The position numbers and the translations under genes are program-made. The notes below the pieces were generated by a model, which was not told the DNA's origin, did no database searches, and was given only the letters and a program-made list of their open reading frames with translations. From the NCBI GenBank assembly GCA_026395315.1, contig JAPLYY010000069.1, positions 1-39,416 of the forward strand: a DNA stretch of 39,416 nucleotides. Direction: 5' to 3'. This document shows positions 16,250-24,605 of this stretch, piece by piece; positions within the stretch are counted from its first letter, which is position 1, and every line of letters starts with the position of its first letter. The stretch is from Candidatus Shapirobacteria bacterium (lineage in GTDB: Bacteria > Patescibacteriota > Microgenomatia > UBA12405).

Positions 16250-16309
16250 CCTCCCTGCCCTGCCTGCCCGCCTCTGGAGGGTCAAGGGAAGGGTTGGGGA
16301 AGGGTTTTT
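16250..16309 (+). repeat. Family A-like element in the 23S-5S spacer.
   Basis: Sequence cctccctgccctgcctgcccgcctctggagggtcaagggaagggttggggaagggttttt. Its 28-nt tail is identical to that of 25745-25782. Confidence 0.8.
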
Positions 16310-16310
16310 A

Positions 16311-16329
16311 GCGACTAAATTGAGTTGCC
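16311..16329 (-). promoter_or_regulatory. 23S processing stem, 3' arm.
   Basis: gcgactaaattgagttgcc is perfectly complementary (19/19) to 19669-19687. Confidence 0.8.
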
Positions 16330-18116
16330 CGAAGCTTCTAATCCGCCTGTGGCGGACTAAAAGCCTCAATCAAGAAATTCTTCAACCATTTCGCCACTTA
16401 GCTTAATACCTTACGGTACTTACACATGTGGTTGTTAACCGGTAGTCTCCCGGCGGTCTTTCTTCTGACTTGCGCCAGAACACGATTCCTTATCTTAGGG
16501 TTAGCTTCCTGCTTGAGATGCTTTCAGCAGTTATCTAGATAGAAACGTAGCTACCCAGCAATGCTCTTGATAGAACAACTGGCACACCAGCGGTTTCCTC
16601 GTCTAGGTCCTCTCGTACTGTAGACGAATCCCTTCAAGAATCGAACGATTACATCGGATAGAGACCGAGCTGTCTCGCGACGCTCTGAACCCAACTAACG
16701 CAGCGCTTTAATGGGCGAACAGACCAACCCTTGGCCCCTTCTTCAGGGCCAGGATGCGCCAAGTCGACATCGAGGTGCCGAACCGCATCGTCAATATGAA
16801 CTATCGGATGCGACTAGCCTGTTATCCCCAGAGTAGCTTTTATCCAGTAAGCCCGTGCCCATACCAAATGGGTCACGAGGATCACTAAAACCTTCTTTCG
16901 AACCTGTCTTCAGTCTCAAATAAATCTGAACTGAAGATTCACCTTGCGGTGAACTCGACTAGTATGTCTCGCAGTCAAGCCAACTTATGCTTTTGCGCTT
17001 CCAGTCCGATTTCCTGCCGGACCAAGTTGACCTTTGTGTACCCGCGTTACTTTTTTGCAGGTGCCTGCCCCAGGCAAACTAGCAACCATACACTGTTCCC
17101 CCCGAAGATTCATTCGGGAAGGTTAGACTCAAATATAAACAAGGGTGGTGTTCCATTGTCGCCTTGCGGCTCCCACCTACACTCGACAATATTTATAGTC
17201 TTATCAATGTAAAGATCCAGTAAAGCTTCATGGGGTCTTTTTGTCCTGATGTAATTAAACGGCATCTTCACCGCTCTTTCAATTTCACTGGATAGATGGT
17301 TAAGACAGTTGCGCAGTCGTTGGACCATTCATACGGGTCGTAACTTACACGACAAAGGACTTCGCTACCTTAGAACAGTTAGAGTTACCGCTGACGTTTA
17401 CCAGGGCTTATAGGACAAGCCGTTCCTTGCGGATTGACTCACCCTTTTAACCTTCTGGCACCGGTCAGGTTTCAGCCCATATACATCCCCTTACGGGTTA
17501 GCATGGACCTGTGTTTGTGGTAAACAGTCGCCGCGCATTCTTTTGTTGTAACCCGAGGGTTAACTCGGGCAGGGTATCTTGCATAGCTTACACCCAGTTT
17601 GTTTGCCAATTTCCTTAACCATCTGTCTTCCAATCACCTTAGTCTACTCGACTAATCCACCAGTGTCGGTTTTGGTACGAATTACCGGTAATCTATTTGC
17701 GACGCTTTTCTTGAATAGATAAGTTCAGTTTAATTGCTCGCCTTACGGCAAACTCTTATTCGTGCTTCGCTTTGTGACGAAAAGGCGGATTTTCCAACCC
17801 CTTCTGGCTTCACACTTAAATGGTCAATCATTAGACCACTAAACCTCTCACCCATCGTTACGCCCCAACTTAAAACGATTACCAATAAGTACTGGAATAT
17901 TAACCAGTTATCCATCCACTACGCCAGCACTATACTGGCCTCGTGTTAGGATCGACTAACCCTCAGACGAACAACGTAGCTGAGGAAACCTTGGATATTT
18001 CGGTGGGGCAGATTCTCACTGCCCTCTCGTTACTCATGTCCGCATTCTCACTTGTTGGCGCTCCAGTAGACCTTACAGCCCGCCTTCACCGCCCCAACAA
18101 CGCTCTCCTACCGATC

Positions 18117-18444
18117 GATGGACAACACCAAAAAGACATTATTTTTTTATTACTCTTACTATCGGCATTCTTCCCCACGCTGACTCAACTATAAAATCAA
18201 ACCCCGCATAAACCGCACTCCACGCAGCTGCTGTTTCTAAACTATTATGTCCGACCACGCCGACAACCGTTCCAATAGTTACTCCCCTAATTACAGACAA
18301 CGCGATGCGTTTTCTGATTGGCTCAACCTTTCCAGGTCTTTTGGTAACGTCAACGGCATAATTCGCTAGCCTTAATATTTCGGTCATAATAGTATTATTA
18401 TAACATAAACAATTTTTTTTAATATCTTCTTAGTGTTGTCCATC
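18117..18444 (-). other. Intervening sequence/expansion in 23S helix 45, closed by a 12-bp stem.
   Basis: GATGGACAACAC (18117-18128) pairs with GTGTTGTCCATC (18433-18444). In rRNA sense it lies just upstream of the conserved GGTAGGAGAGCGTT. The interior is A/T-rich and unlike rRNA. Confidence 0.8.
18139..18387 (-). CDS. 82-aa ORF inside the 23S helix-45 insertion, with a small hydrophobic Gly-zipper-like segment.
   Basis: ATG start, same strand as the rRNA, with TATAAT 9 nt upstream (18397-18402). The sequence contains GVTIGTVVGVVG. No known family was recognised. Confidence 0.4.
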   Translation of the reverse strand: MTEILRLANYAVDVTKRPGKVEPIRKRIALSVIRGVTIGTVVGVVGHNSLETAAAWSAVYAGFDFIVESAWGRMPIVRVIKK

Positions 18445-19157
18445 TATCCTCCAACTTCGGCACTAGGTTTGAGCCTCCTTACATTTTAGGCGCAAATTAC
18501 CGACCCCGATTGCTCGGAGTCGAACAGTGAGCTATTACGCTTTCTTTAAAGGATGGCTGCTTCTGAGCCAACCTCCTGTCTGTCTTAGGTAATCCACTAC
18601 CTTTCCCACTTAACCTAGATTTAGAGGCCTTAGATGAGAGTCTGGGGTCTTTCCCTTTTGCCCGGCCAGCTTAGCCCGGTCGGACTGACTGCCTGACTAG
18701 AAATTACGGTATTCGGAGTTTAGTTAAATGCCTGAGCTTGCGCTCAAAACATTCATCCAGTAGCTCTACCCCCGTAATTCACCATCAGACGCTATACCTA
18801 TATATATTTCGGAGAGAGCCAGCTATTCCCACTTTCGATTGGCATATTACCCCTAACCACAAGTCATCGGACAGATTTGCAGCTCTGATCCGTACGGGCC
18901 TCGTACCGACTTCCATCGGTATTCACCCTGCTCATGGTTAGCTCAAGTGGCTTCGGGTCATCCCCGCTTACCTATTCGCACTATTCGTACTCGCTTTCGC
19001 TACGCCTCCACCGGCTTAGCCGGATTAGACTCGGTAAACAAGAACACTCGCGGACTCATTCTTCAATAGGCACGACATCATTCTCGACTTACGTCGGAAC
19101 TCTGTCTGTTTGTTAGCAAATGGTTTCAGATCTATTTCATTCTGCGATTTGCAGTGT

Positions 19158-19196
<39 letters not shown>

Positions 19197-19668
19197 CGCT
19201 GAAGTATTTAGTCTTGGAGCTTGGTCGCCCCGGATTCCCAGGACATTTCACGTGGATCCTGGTACTTAGGTATCTAGCCGATCTTTACAGGTATTTCAAA
19301 TACGGGACTCTCACCCTCTTTGGTAGTCCATTCCAGAACTTTTTTCTATACTTTCAAGACTTTACGCCAGACCCTGCAACACCCCGATAAATCGGGGTTT
19401 AGACTGTTCCCTGTTCGCTCACCGCTACTAAGGGAATCTCATACGATTTCTTTTCCTCCGGGTACTGAGATGTTTCACTTCCCCGGCTTACCCACCTCGC
19501 CTTGCGGCGGGTTCAGTCTGATTGCTCAGACCGGTATTTCTACATTCGGAATCGGTCGGATCACCGTTTGTTGGCAACTCCCCGACCTGTTTCGCCACCT
19601 ACTGCGTCCTTCTTCGGCTTCAGCAGCCTAGGCATCCACCATTTGCTTTAAATAAATTTCTTGATTAT

Positions 19669-19687
19669 GGCAACTCAATTTAGTCGC
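19669..19687 (-). promoter_or_regulatory. 23S processing stem, 5' arm.
   Basis: ggcaactcaatttagtcgc is complementary to 16311-16329. Confidence 0.8.
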
Positions 19688-19889
19688 CAATATTATGTTA
19701 AAGCCGGCCTATTAAACAGGCTTTAACTTTTAATTTCAATATCATTTGACACGGACAAAAGTGTCATAGATATTTATATTCTCGATTCAACAGATTGTTA
19801 AAGTGTGACCCCGACTTTCATCGGGACAAGAATTAATTTCCGACCGGAACTACTCTTCGTAATTCGTAATTCGTAATTTTTAATTCTCT

Positions 19890-19966
19890 TGGTGGACCTG
19901 GGGAGATTCGAACTCCCGACCTCCTCATTGCAAATGAGGCGCTCTAACCAACTAAGCCACAGGCCC
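19890..19966 (-). tRNA. tRNA-Ala (anticodon UGC) with an encoded CCA end.
   Basis: The reverse complement is GGGCCTGTGGCTTAGTTGGTTAGAGCGCCTCATTTGCAATGAGGAGGTCGGGAGTTCGAATCTCCCCAGGTCCACCA. It folds as a cloverleaf and has the G3:U70 pair. Confidence 0.95.
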
Positions 19967-19995
19967 AAGCCTGCACAGACCCTATTTAAATGTGC

Positions 19996-20020
19996 AAAAA
20001 AATAGCCGCGACTCGCGGCC
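19996..20020 (-). terminator. Strong intrinsic-terminator-like hairpin, 30 nt upstream of tRNA-Ala.
   Basis: The minus strand reads GCCGCG-AGT-CGCGGC followed by TATTTTTTTG. Confidence 0.65.
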
Positions 20021-20099
20021 AAAAGCTCTATCTCTCCTAGGGTTCACTTAAACCTAATTTTCCCATTCCGATAAGAAGCTTTCAGCATTAAGTGGAAGT

Positions 20100-20128
20100 A
20101 TTCTACCTAATCTGAATCTGTAAATCAA
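20100..20128 (-). promoter_or_regulatory. Sigma70-type promoter upstream of the tRNA-Ala/23S/5S operon.
   Basis: The minus strand reads TTGATT, a 17-nt spacer, then TAGAAT. Confidence 0.6.
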
Positions 20129-20168
20129 CGACTTAATGTTTCGTTTTTAAAGTAGGGGTTTAGCTCGC

Positions 20169-20816
20169 CTAAACCCGTCTTTTTGATTTTACCCACTCCA
20201 TCATAATCGGCACCACTGAAATCAATACAATCACCACCACCACTAATTCAAAATTAGCTTTGACAAACGGTATGTTTCCAAAAAAGTAACCTCCAAATGT
20301 AAATAATGTCACCCACAATAAACCTCCGACCGCATTATAAGAAATAAATTTGCCGTAATGCATTTTCCCCACTCCCGCCACAAACGGCGCAAATGTTCTC
20401 ACTATCGGCACAAATCTCGCCAAAACAATCGCTATCCCGCCATGTTTATCGTAAAACGCTTGGGCTTTATCCAAATATTCTTTTTTTAATAACCCCGATT
20501 TCATCGTAAAAGCTTTCGGACCAATAAAATGACCGATCCAGTAATTAACCGTATCGCCGACAAACGCCGCTAGCACCATCAAAAACCATAATAAATATAT
20601 ATTAAAGCTCCCTTGGCTCGCCGTAGCGCCAGCGAAGGCGGCGGCCGCAAACAACAAACTGTCCCCCGGTAAAAACGGTGTCACTACCAACCCGGTTTCC
20701 ATAAATATCACAAACCACAACATCGCATACGACCACCCGCCAAAATTGGCAATCACCAAGGCTAAGTTCTTATCAATATGCAGAAACAAATCTATTAGCG
20801 TCTTAATAAAATTCAT
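20169..20816 (-). CDS. DedA family membrane protein.
   Basis: 215 aa and multi-TM, with the DedA-type segments PFLPGDSLLFAAAAF and ARFVPIVRTFAPFVAG. TATACT lies 5 nt upstream of the ATG. Confidence 0.9.
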   Translation of the reverse strand: MNFIKTLIDLFLHIDKNLALVIANFGGWSYAMLWFVIFMETGLVVTPFLPGDSLLFAAAAFAGATASQGSFNIYLLWFLMVLAAFVGDTVNYWIGHFIGPKAFTMKSGLLKKEYLDKAQAFYDKHGGIAIVLARFVPIVRTFAPFVAGVGKMHYGKFISYNAVGGLLWVTLFTFGGYFFGNIPFVKANFELVVVVIVLISVVPIMMEWVKSKRRV

Positions 20817-20838
20817 TTCATAGTATATCTAAAAATTC

Positions 20839-20880
20839 GGCTCCCCTGTCAAGGGGAGCTCCCGTAGGGTGAGGGGTTTT
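20839..20880 (+). repeat. Family A element, variable-hairpin subtype.
   Basis: Sequence ggctcccctgtcaaggggag-CTCCCgtaGGGTG-aggggtttt. It overlaps the GH18 stop codon by 2 nt. Confidence 0.9.
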
Positions 20881-22102
20881 AATTCATTTTTTCTTTCACC
20901 AGCTTCCACAAATCCTTATCTTCCCCCTCATATCCCAACGCCCAAAATCCTACTCCCCCCACCTGCGATTGTTTGGCCAGATCCAACTTCGCTCCCATAC
21001 TGTCCATATTTTCAAAATATGCTTGGTAAGTTCTGGTTATTGGTACTGGTACACTCTGCCACCCATATTTTTTTGTTTTCTTATTCAACACCCTGACCAG
21101 CTTCTGAGTAGACTCCTCGTTTTTAAAACTAACCCACGGCGTCATACTCAGTTCATCCCAATTCTGAACAAAATCAGTAAAATTAGCATATGTCCCGTCC
21201 GCCATTCTCTGCTTTGACTCATTCCAGCTCACCATCCGGCTCCAGTTCTCAACTACTTTCGATTCAAACACTGCCTCAGTTGTCCGCCATTGGTATCCAT
21301 AAAGTGGATATGCCAATACTATTTTGTTTTTTGGTAACTTAGCCTCAATTATCTTTTGGGTTACTTCGGTAATATTTCTTTCTCCGGGCACTGAATTTAT
21401 CGGTGCCACCGGCCCGGCAAAATCCGAACTTGGCTGATGAAAGTCATAGGCCATCACTATAACTTTATCTACCACATTGGCCAACTTTGTTAATCCTACC
21501 GAATCTCCTTTTATCACTGTGTTGGCAAACACATCAATACTGATTTCTCCCCCTACTTCTTTCTTAAATTCATCCAAAAACCCCAAAAAATCATCACTGA
21601 GTACTCTCACCGGATCGCCCATATATTCAAAGTCGATATTAATCCCGTCATAATCCGCCACTTGAGAAATTGCCTTAGTTTCGTCTAAAAGAGTTTTTCT
21701 GGCCGATCCCGACGACACCAAACTATCGATTAATTTAGTGTCAAACAGTTTGATTCCTAAAATGTTCTTACCCCCGTTCTTTTTTATTGTTGTCTTCATT
21801 GTCAGGTAATTCTCATCGTTTATTTTTTTGCCTTGAACATCCCAAATTAAATTACCACTGCTCCCTACATCCACCCCTAAAAAAATCAACTGATCTAAAA
21901 TTCCGTCGTAATTTTGCGTTTTCCCTACCATCCACGTTGGCAAAAACCCGATTATCTCCGGAGTATCTCTCTTAAACACTCCAAACTTTTTCTCTCCCAC
22001 CCAGGGACTGATCAAATTGACTTTTTTTTGCCAAATTATTACCCCCAATCCCATTAAAATTAATAACACCACCCCTATTCCTAACCACTTCCACCACACC
22101 AT
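20879..22102 (-). CDS. Glycoside hydrolase family 18 (chitinase-like) protein with an N-terminal membrane anchor.
   Basis: 407 aa with the catalytic-type motif YDGINIDFEY (DxxDxDxE) and an N-terminal TM segment WLGIGVVLLILMGLGVII. Confidence 0.85.
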   Translation of the reverse strand: MVWWKWLGIGVVLLILMGLGVIIWQKKVNLISPWVGEKKFGVFKRDTPEIIGFLPTWMVGKTQNYDGILDQLIFLGVDVGSSGNLIWDVQGKKINDENYLTMKTTIKKNGGKNILGIKLFDTKLIDSLVSSGSARKTLLDETKAISQVADYDGINIDFEYMGDPVRVLSDDFLGFLDEFKKEVGGEISIDVFANTVIKGDSVGLTKLANVVDKVIVMAYDFHQPSSDFAGPVAPINSVPGERNITEVTQKIIEAKLPKNKIVLAYPLYGYQWRTTEAVFESKVVENWSRMVSWNESKQRMADGTYANFTDFVQNWDELSMTPWVSFKNEESTQKLVRVLNKKTKKYGWQSVPVPITRTYQAYFENMDSMGAKLDLAKQSQVGGVGFWALGYEGEDKDLWKLVKEKMN

Positions 22103-22227
22103 TAACTCTTAATTACCTTCTCCAAGGCAAATTTTATCGTCCGAAACACGTTCCCAATTGAACCGAAGGCAATCAACCCCATTGCCGCCACCATTCCCAT
22201 TATCCTGACTAATGTCCACTTCTTCAT
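22102..22227 (-). CDS. Possible 41-aa membrane peptide, below the ORF-track cutoff.
   Basis: Hand translation gives MKKWTLVRIMGMVAAMGLIAFGSIGNVFRTIKFALEKVIKS. Its TAA overlaps the GH18 ATG (TAATG). Confidence 0.35.
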   Translation of the reverse strand: MKKWTLVRIMGMVAAMGLIAFGSIGNVFRTIKFALEKVIKS

Positions 22228-22256
22228 AACAATATTCTACATTAATAATAAATTTA

Positions 22257-22298
22257 GGTGGGCCTGCCCGCCGTAGTTCCGATTTATCGGAACGAAGG
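22257..22298 (+). repeat. Degenerate A-like element abutting the tRNA-Ile 3' end.
   Basis: Sequence ggtgggcctgcccgccgtag-TTCCGATttaTCGGAA-cgaagg. It resembles 12004-12059. Confidence 0.45.
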
Positions 22299-22372
22299 TG
22301 GGTGATAATAGACTCGAACTATTGACCCCCGTCTTATCAGGACGGTGCTCTAACCAACTGAGCTAATCACCC
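22299..22372 (-). tRNA. tRNA-Ile (anticodon GAU), CCA not encoded.
   Basis: The reverse complement is GGGTGATTAGCTCAGTTGGTTAGAGCACCGTCCTGATAAGACGGGGGTCAATAGTTCGAGTCTATTATCACCCA, which folds as a cloverleaf. Confidence 0.95.
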
Positions 22373-22396
22373 TCGCCAAAACTAAGCTATAGTATA

Positions 22397-23413
22397 TCAA
22401 AATCTTCTCAGAAACATTTCTACTACCTTTCTGGCCACATTAATTCCCGTCGACTTCTCAAATCCCTGAAATTGGCACTGCCGGTTCACCTCCAAAATAA
22501 AACTGTCATAGTCCTCTTCTTTATTGGGGTTTGGACCCTTCATAATATCTACTCCACAGTAATCCAACCCACACACTTTCGCTACCTTTTCGGCTAATCG
22601 TTTATCATCCTCCGACAATTCCCATTTCTCGACCGCTCCTCCCAGTGAAAAATTACTTCTAAATTCATCTCCCACTGCCGATCTTTTCATCCCTCCAATC
22701 GCCTTACCATCTAATACTATTACTCTGATGTCCCACCTGGTTGGTAAATATTTCTGCCACAAAAACATTCCCACATTTTTTTCATTAATTTTTCTAACAA
22801 ATTTCTCCAATTCTTCAAAATTATCAAACTTTTTCACCGATTTTCCTTGGTACCCTTTTTCGTGTTTAGCAATCACCGGCCATCCCAAACCGTAAAAATC
22901 ATCACGTGCGCTACCTGCCCTGTCAAGTCGAAGATCCGCCATGGAGGAGGAAGGTGCCCGAAGGGCGGAAGGGTTTGTTCCAAGAATTTGCTCCTTTGTA
23001 TAAAAAATCTTTGTTGGTACCACCGGAATATCGTTCTTTAAAAATACTCCATGTTGCGAAATCTTCCCCATCCTCGACCATTTCAAATATCCTTCGTGGT
23101 TGGCACAGAACACTGTATGGGCAGACCCATGTGTCTGCCCCTCCAATATTTGAATCAATAAATTTCTCCCCTCGGTATATTTTCCGCTGATCGTCCCTGC
23201 CACCCGAAACCAAATACCCAAAGTATTTTCCGCTGTAATTTCTTCTCCTCTGACAAATGCCCGTGGTTTCCCGTTATTCAAATCAAAGGTCAATTCCCGA
23301 TAAAGTGCCCTGTTAATCTCTACTCCCAATTTTTCTGCCTCCGTTGCCAACCTCTCCACCTCAAATTGGCTTTGTTTCAACGACATCGTAAAAGTGATTA
23401 TTTTTTTATTCAT
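22397..23413 (-). CDS. RimK-like ATP-grasp ligase (paralog A) with two in-frame repeat insertions.
   Basis: ATP-grasp core: WPVIAKHEKGYQGKSVKK, WDIRVIVLDGKAIGGMKR, GLDYCGVDIM, FILEVNRQCQFQGF. Confidence 0.85.
   Translation of the reverse strand: MNKKIITFTMSLKQSQFEVERLATEAEKLGVEINRALYRELTFDLNNGKPRAFVRGEEITAENTLGIWFRVAGTISGKYTEGRNLLIQILEGQTHGSAHTVFCANHEGYLKWSRMGKISQHGVFLKNDIPVVPTKIFYTKEQILGTNPSALRAPSSSMADLRLDRAGSARDDFYGLGWPVIAKHEKGYQGKSVKKFDNFEELEKFVRKINEKNVGMFLWQKYLPTRWDIRVIVLDGKAIGGMKRSAVGDEFRSNFSLGGAVEKWELSEDDKRLAEKVAKVCGLDYCGVDIMKGPNPNKEEDYDSFILEVNRQCQFQGFEKSTGINVARKVVEMFLRRF
22913..22976 (+). repeat. Family B element inside the paralog A CDS.
   Basis: Sequence acctgccctgtcaagtcgaagatccgccatggaggaggaaggt-GCCCgaaGGGC-ggaagggttt. 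It is read as NPSALRAPSSSMADLRLDRAG. Confidence 0.9.
23114..23146 (+). repeat. Family C palindromic element inside the paralog A CDS.
   Basis: Sequence tgtatGGGCAGACccatgtGTCTGCCCctccaa. It is read as LEGQTHGSAHT. Confidence 0.85.
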
Positions 23414-23415
23414 AA

Positions 23416-23463
23416 AAACCCTTTGTCCTTCGATAAACTCAGGACATTTCCCTTCAAGAAGGG
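23416..23463 (-). repeat. Family A-like element, reverse orientation.
   Basis: Sequence aaaccctt-TGTCCttcgataaactcaGGACA-tttCCCTTCaaGAAGGG. Confidence 0.6.
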
Positions 23464-23479
23464 CAATTTAAATAATAAT

Positions 23480-24604
23480 TTATAAACCTCCCTTTTGAAG
23501 GGAGGATTCCGACTTTACGTCGGAAGGTGGGTTTAGTTCTGCTAAAAATTTAACTATTTCTGCCGGCACATCAATCCCCGTCGCTTTCATAAAACCCCTA
23601 AACTGCGGCCCCTTATTTACTTCTAAAATCACATAATCCTTCGGATCATTAGACATTCCTTCTGTGGCTCCCCTGTCAAGGGGAGCTGGCCGTAGGCCTG
23701 AGGGGTTTTTTGCCATTACATCTACCCCCGCCACCGATAATCCACACACCTCTGCCGCCTTCACCGTTAATTGTTTTATATCTTCCGGTAAATCAGCAAT
23801 TTCCACCTTTCCTCCCGTCGAATAATTGTTTCTGAATTCCCCCGCCAGTTGGCGGGTCCTCTTCATCACCCCCAACACTTTCTTTCCCAATATCAACACC
23901 CGATAATCCCCATCGTTGGGAATATATTCCTGCAGCATATATCTTTTCCCTTCTTCCGTTTCCGATTTTCGTAACTTAATTACCAATTTTTCTAATTCAT
24001 TTAAATTATCGGCTTTATATACTCTAGTCCCACGATCACCACCTGAACCTTTTATAATTATTGGAAAAGTAAAGTAGGGGTTTGGCTTGCCCAAACCCTC
24101 ACTCATAATTTCATAAAGATACCAAAGACTCCCATATGTGCTTTTCGGCACCTCAATCCCCGCTTTTTTTAACGCCAACATCTGCCACGCCTTACATGCC
24201 ATACTCGGCTTCCCACCTAACACCAACGGATCCACCACAATCGGTCCTTTCGTGGCTCCCCTGTCAAGGGGAGCTGGTCCGCCAGCTGGCGGACCTGAGG
24301 GGTTTAATCCGCCAACGATAAGGTCCACTTCTTCCCAATGTTTCCCTGTTGTTCTAAAAAATAAGACATCATAGTCATTTATATCCAGCCATCCCTCATT
24401 TTTGATTGTATGGACAGACCGGTGTGTCTGTCCCTCCACATCACTCAAATTACCTCGGATTTTGACCTTTTGTTCTTGAGTATCAAATGTCACTCTGTTA
24501 TAAGACACCAAATCCAATCTTACTCCCATCTTTTTCGCCGCTTTCTTAATCAACACCAAATGTTGGCTTATTTTTCCCCCAAAAAACAATGCAATTTTAT
24601 TCAT
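23480..24604 (-). CDS. RimK-like ATP-grasp ligase (paralog B) with four repeat-derived segments.
   Basis: ATP-grasp core: FPIIIKGSGGDRGTRVYK, GDYRVLILGKKVLGVMKR, GLSVAGVDVM, VILEVNKGPQFRGF. Confidence 0.85.
   Translation of the reverse strand: MNKIALFFGGKISQHLVLIKKAAKKMGVRLDLVSYNRVTFDTQEQKVKIRGNLSDVEGQTHRSVHTIKNEGWLDINDYDVLFFRTTGKHWEEVDLIVGGLNPSGPPAGGPAPLDRGATKGPIVVDPLVLGGKPSMACKAWQMLALKKAGIEVPKSTYGSLWYLYEIMSEGLGKPNPYFTFPIIIKGSGGDRGTRVYKADNLNELEKLVIKLRKSETEEGKRYMLQEYIPNDGDYRVLILGKKVLGVMKRTRQLAGEFRNNYSTGGKVEIADLPEDIKQLTVKAAEVCGLSVAGVDVMAKNPSGLRPAPLDRGATEGMSNDPKDYVILEVNKGPQFRGFMKATGIDVPAEIVKFLAELNPPSDVKSESSLQKGGL
23487..23534 (+). repeat. Family A element, variable-hairpin subtype with a TTTG loop.
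   Basis: Sequence CCTCCCTtttgAAGGGAGGat-TCCGACtttacGTCGGA-aggtgggttt. It supplies the C-terminus (NPPSDVKSESSLQKGGL) and stop of paralog B. Confidence 0.85.
23666..23708 (+). repeat. Family A element inside the paralog B CDS.
   Basis: Identical to 12620-12662. It is read as NPSGLRPAPLDRGAT. Confidence 0.9.
24254..24305 (+). repeat. Family A element inside the paralog B CDS.
   Basis: Sequence ggctcccctgtcaaggggagct-GGTCCGCCagctGGCGGACC-tgaggggttt. It is read as NPSGPPAGGPAPLDRGAT. Confidence 0.9.
24407..24438 (+). repeat. Family C palindromic element inside the paralog B CDS.
   Basis: Sequence tgtatGGACAGACcggtgtGTCTGTCCctcca. It is read as VEGQTHRSVHT. Confidence 0.85.
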
Positions 24605-24605
24605 A

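Noticed and set aside
19858-19878. A 7-nt tandem repeat (CGTAATT) in three copies between tRNA-Ala and 23S.
   Set aside because: It is too short to assign meaning and is probably spacer low complexity. It is noted only as a possible slippage site.
19798-20022. 74-aa ORF on the minus strand.
   Set aside because: It overlaps tRNA-Ala and the terminator hairpin and has no coding signal of its own.
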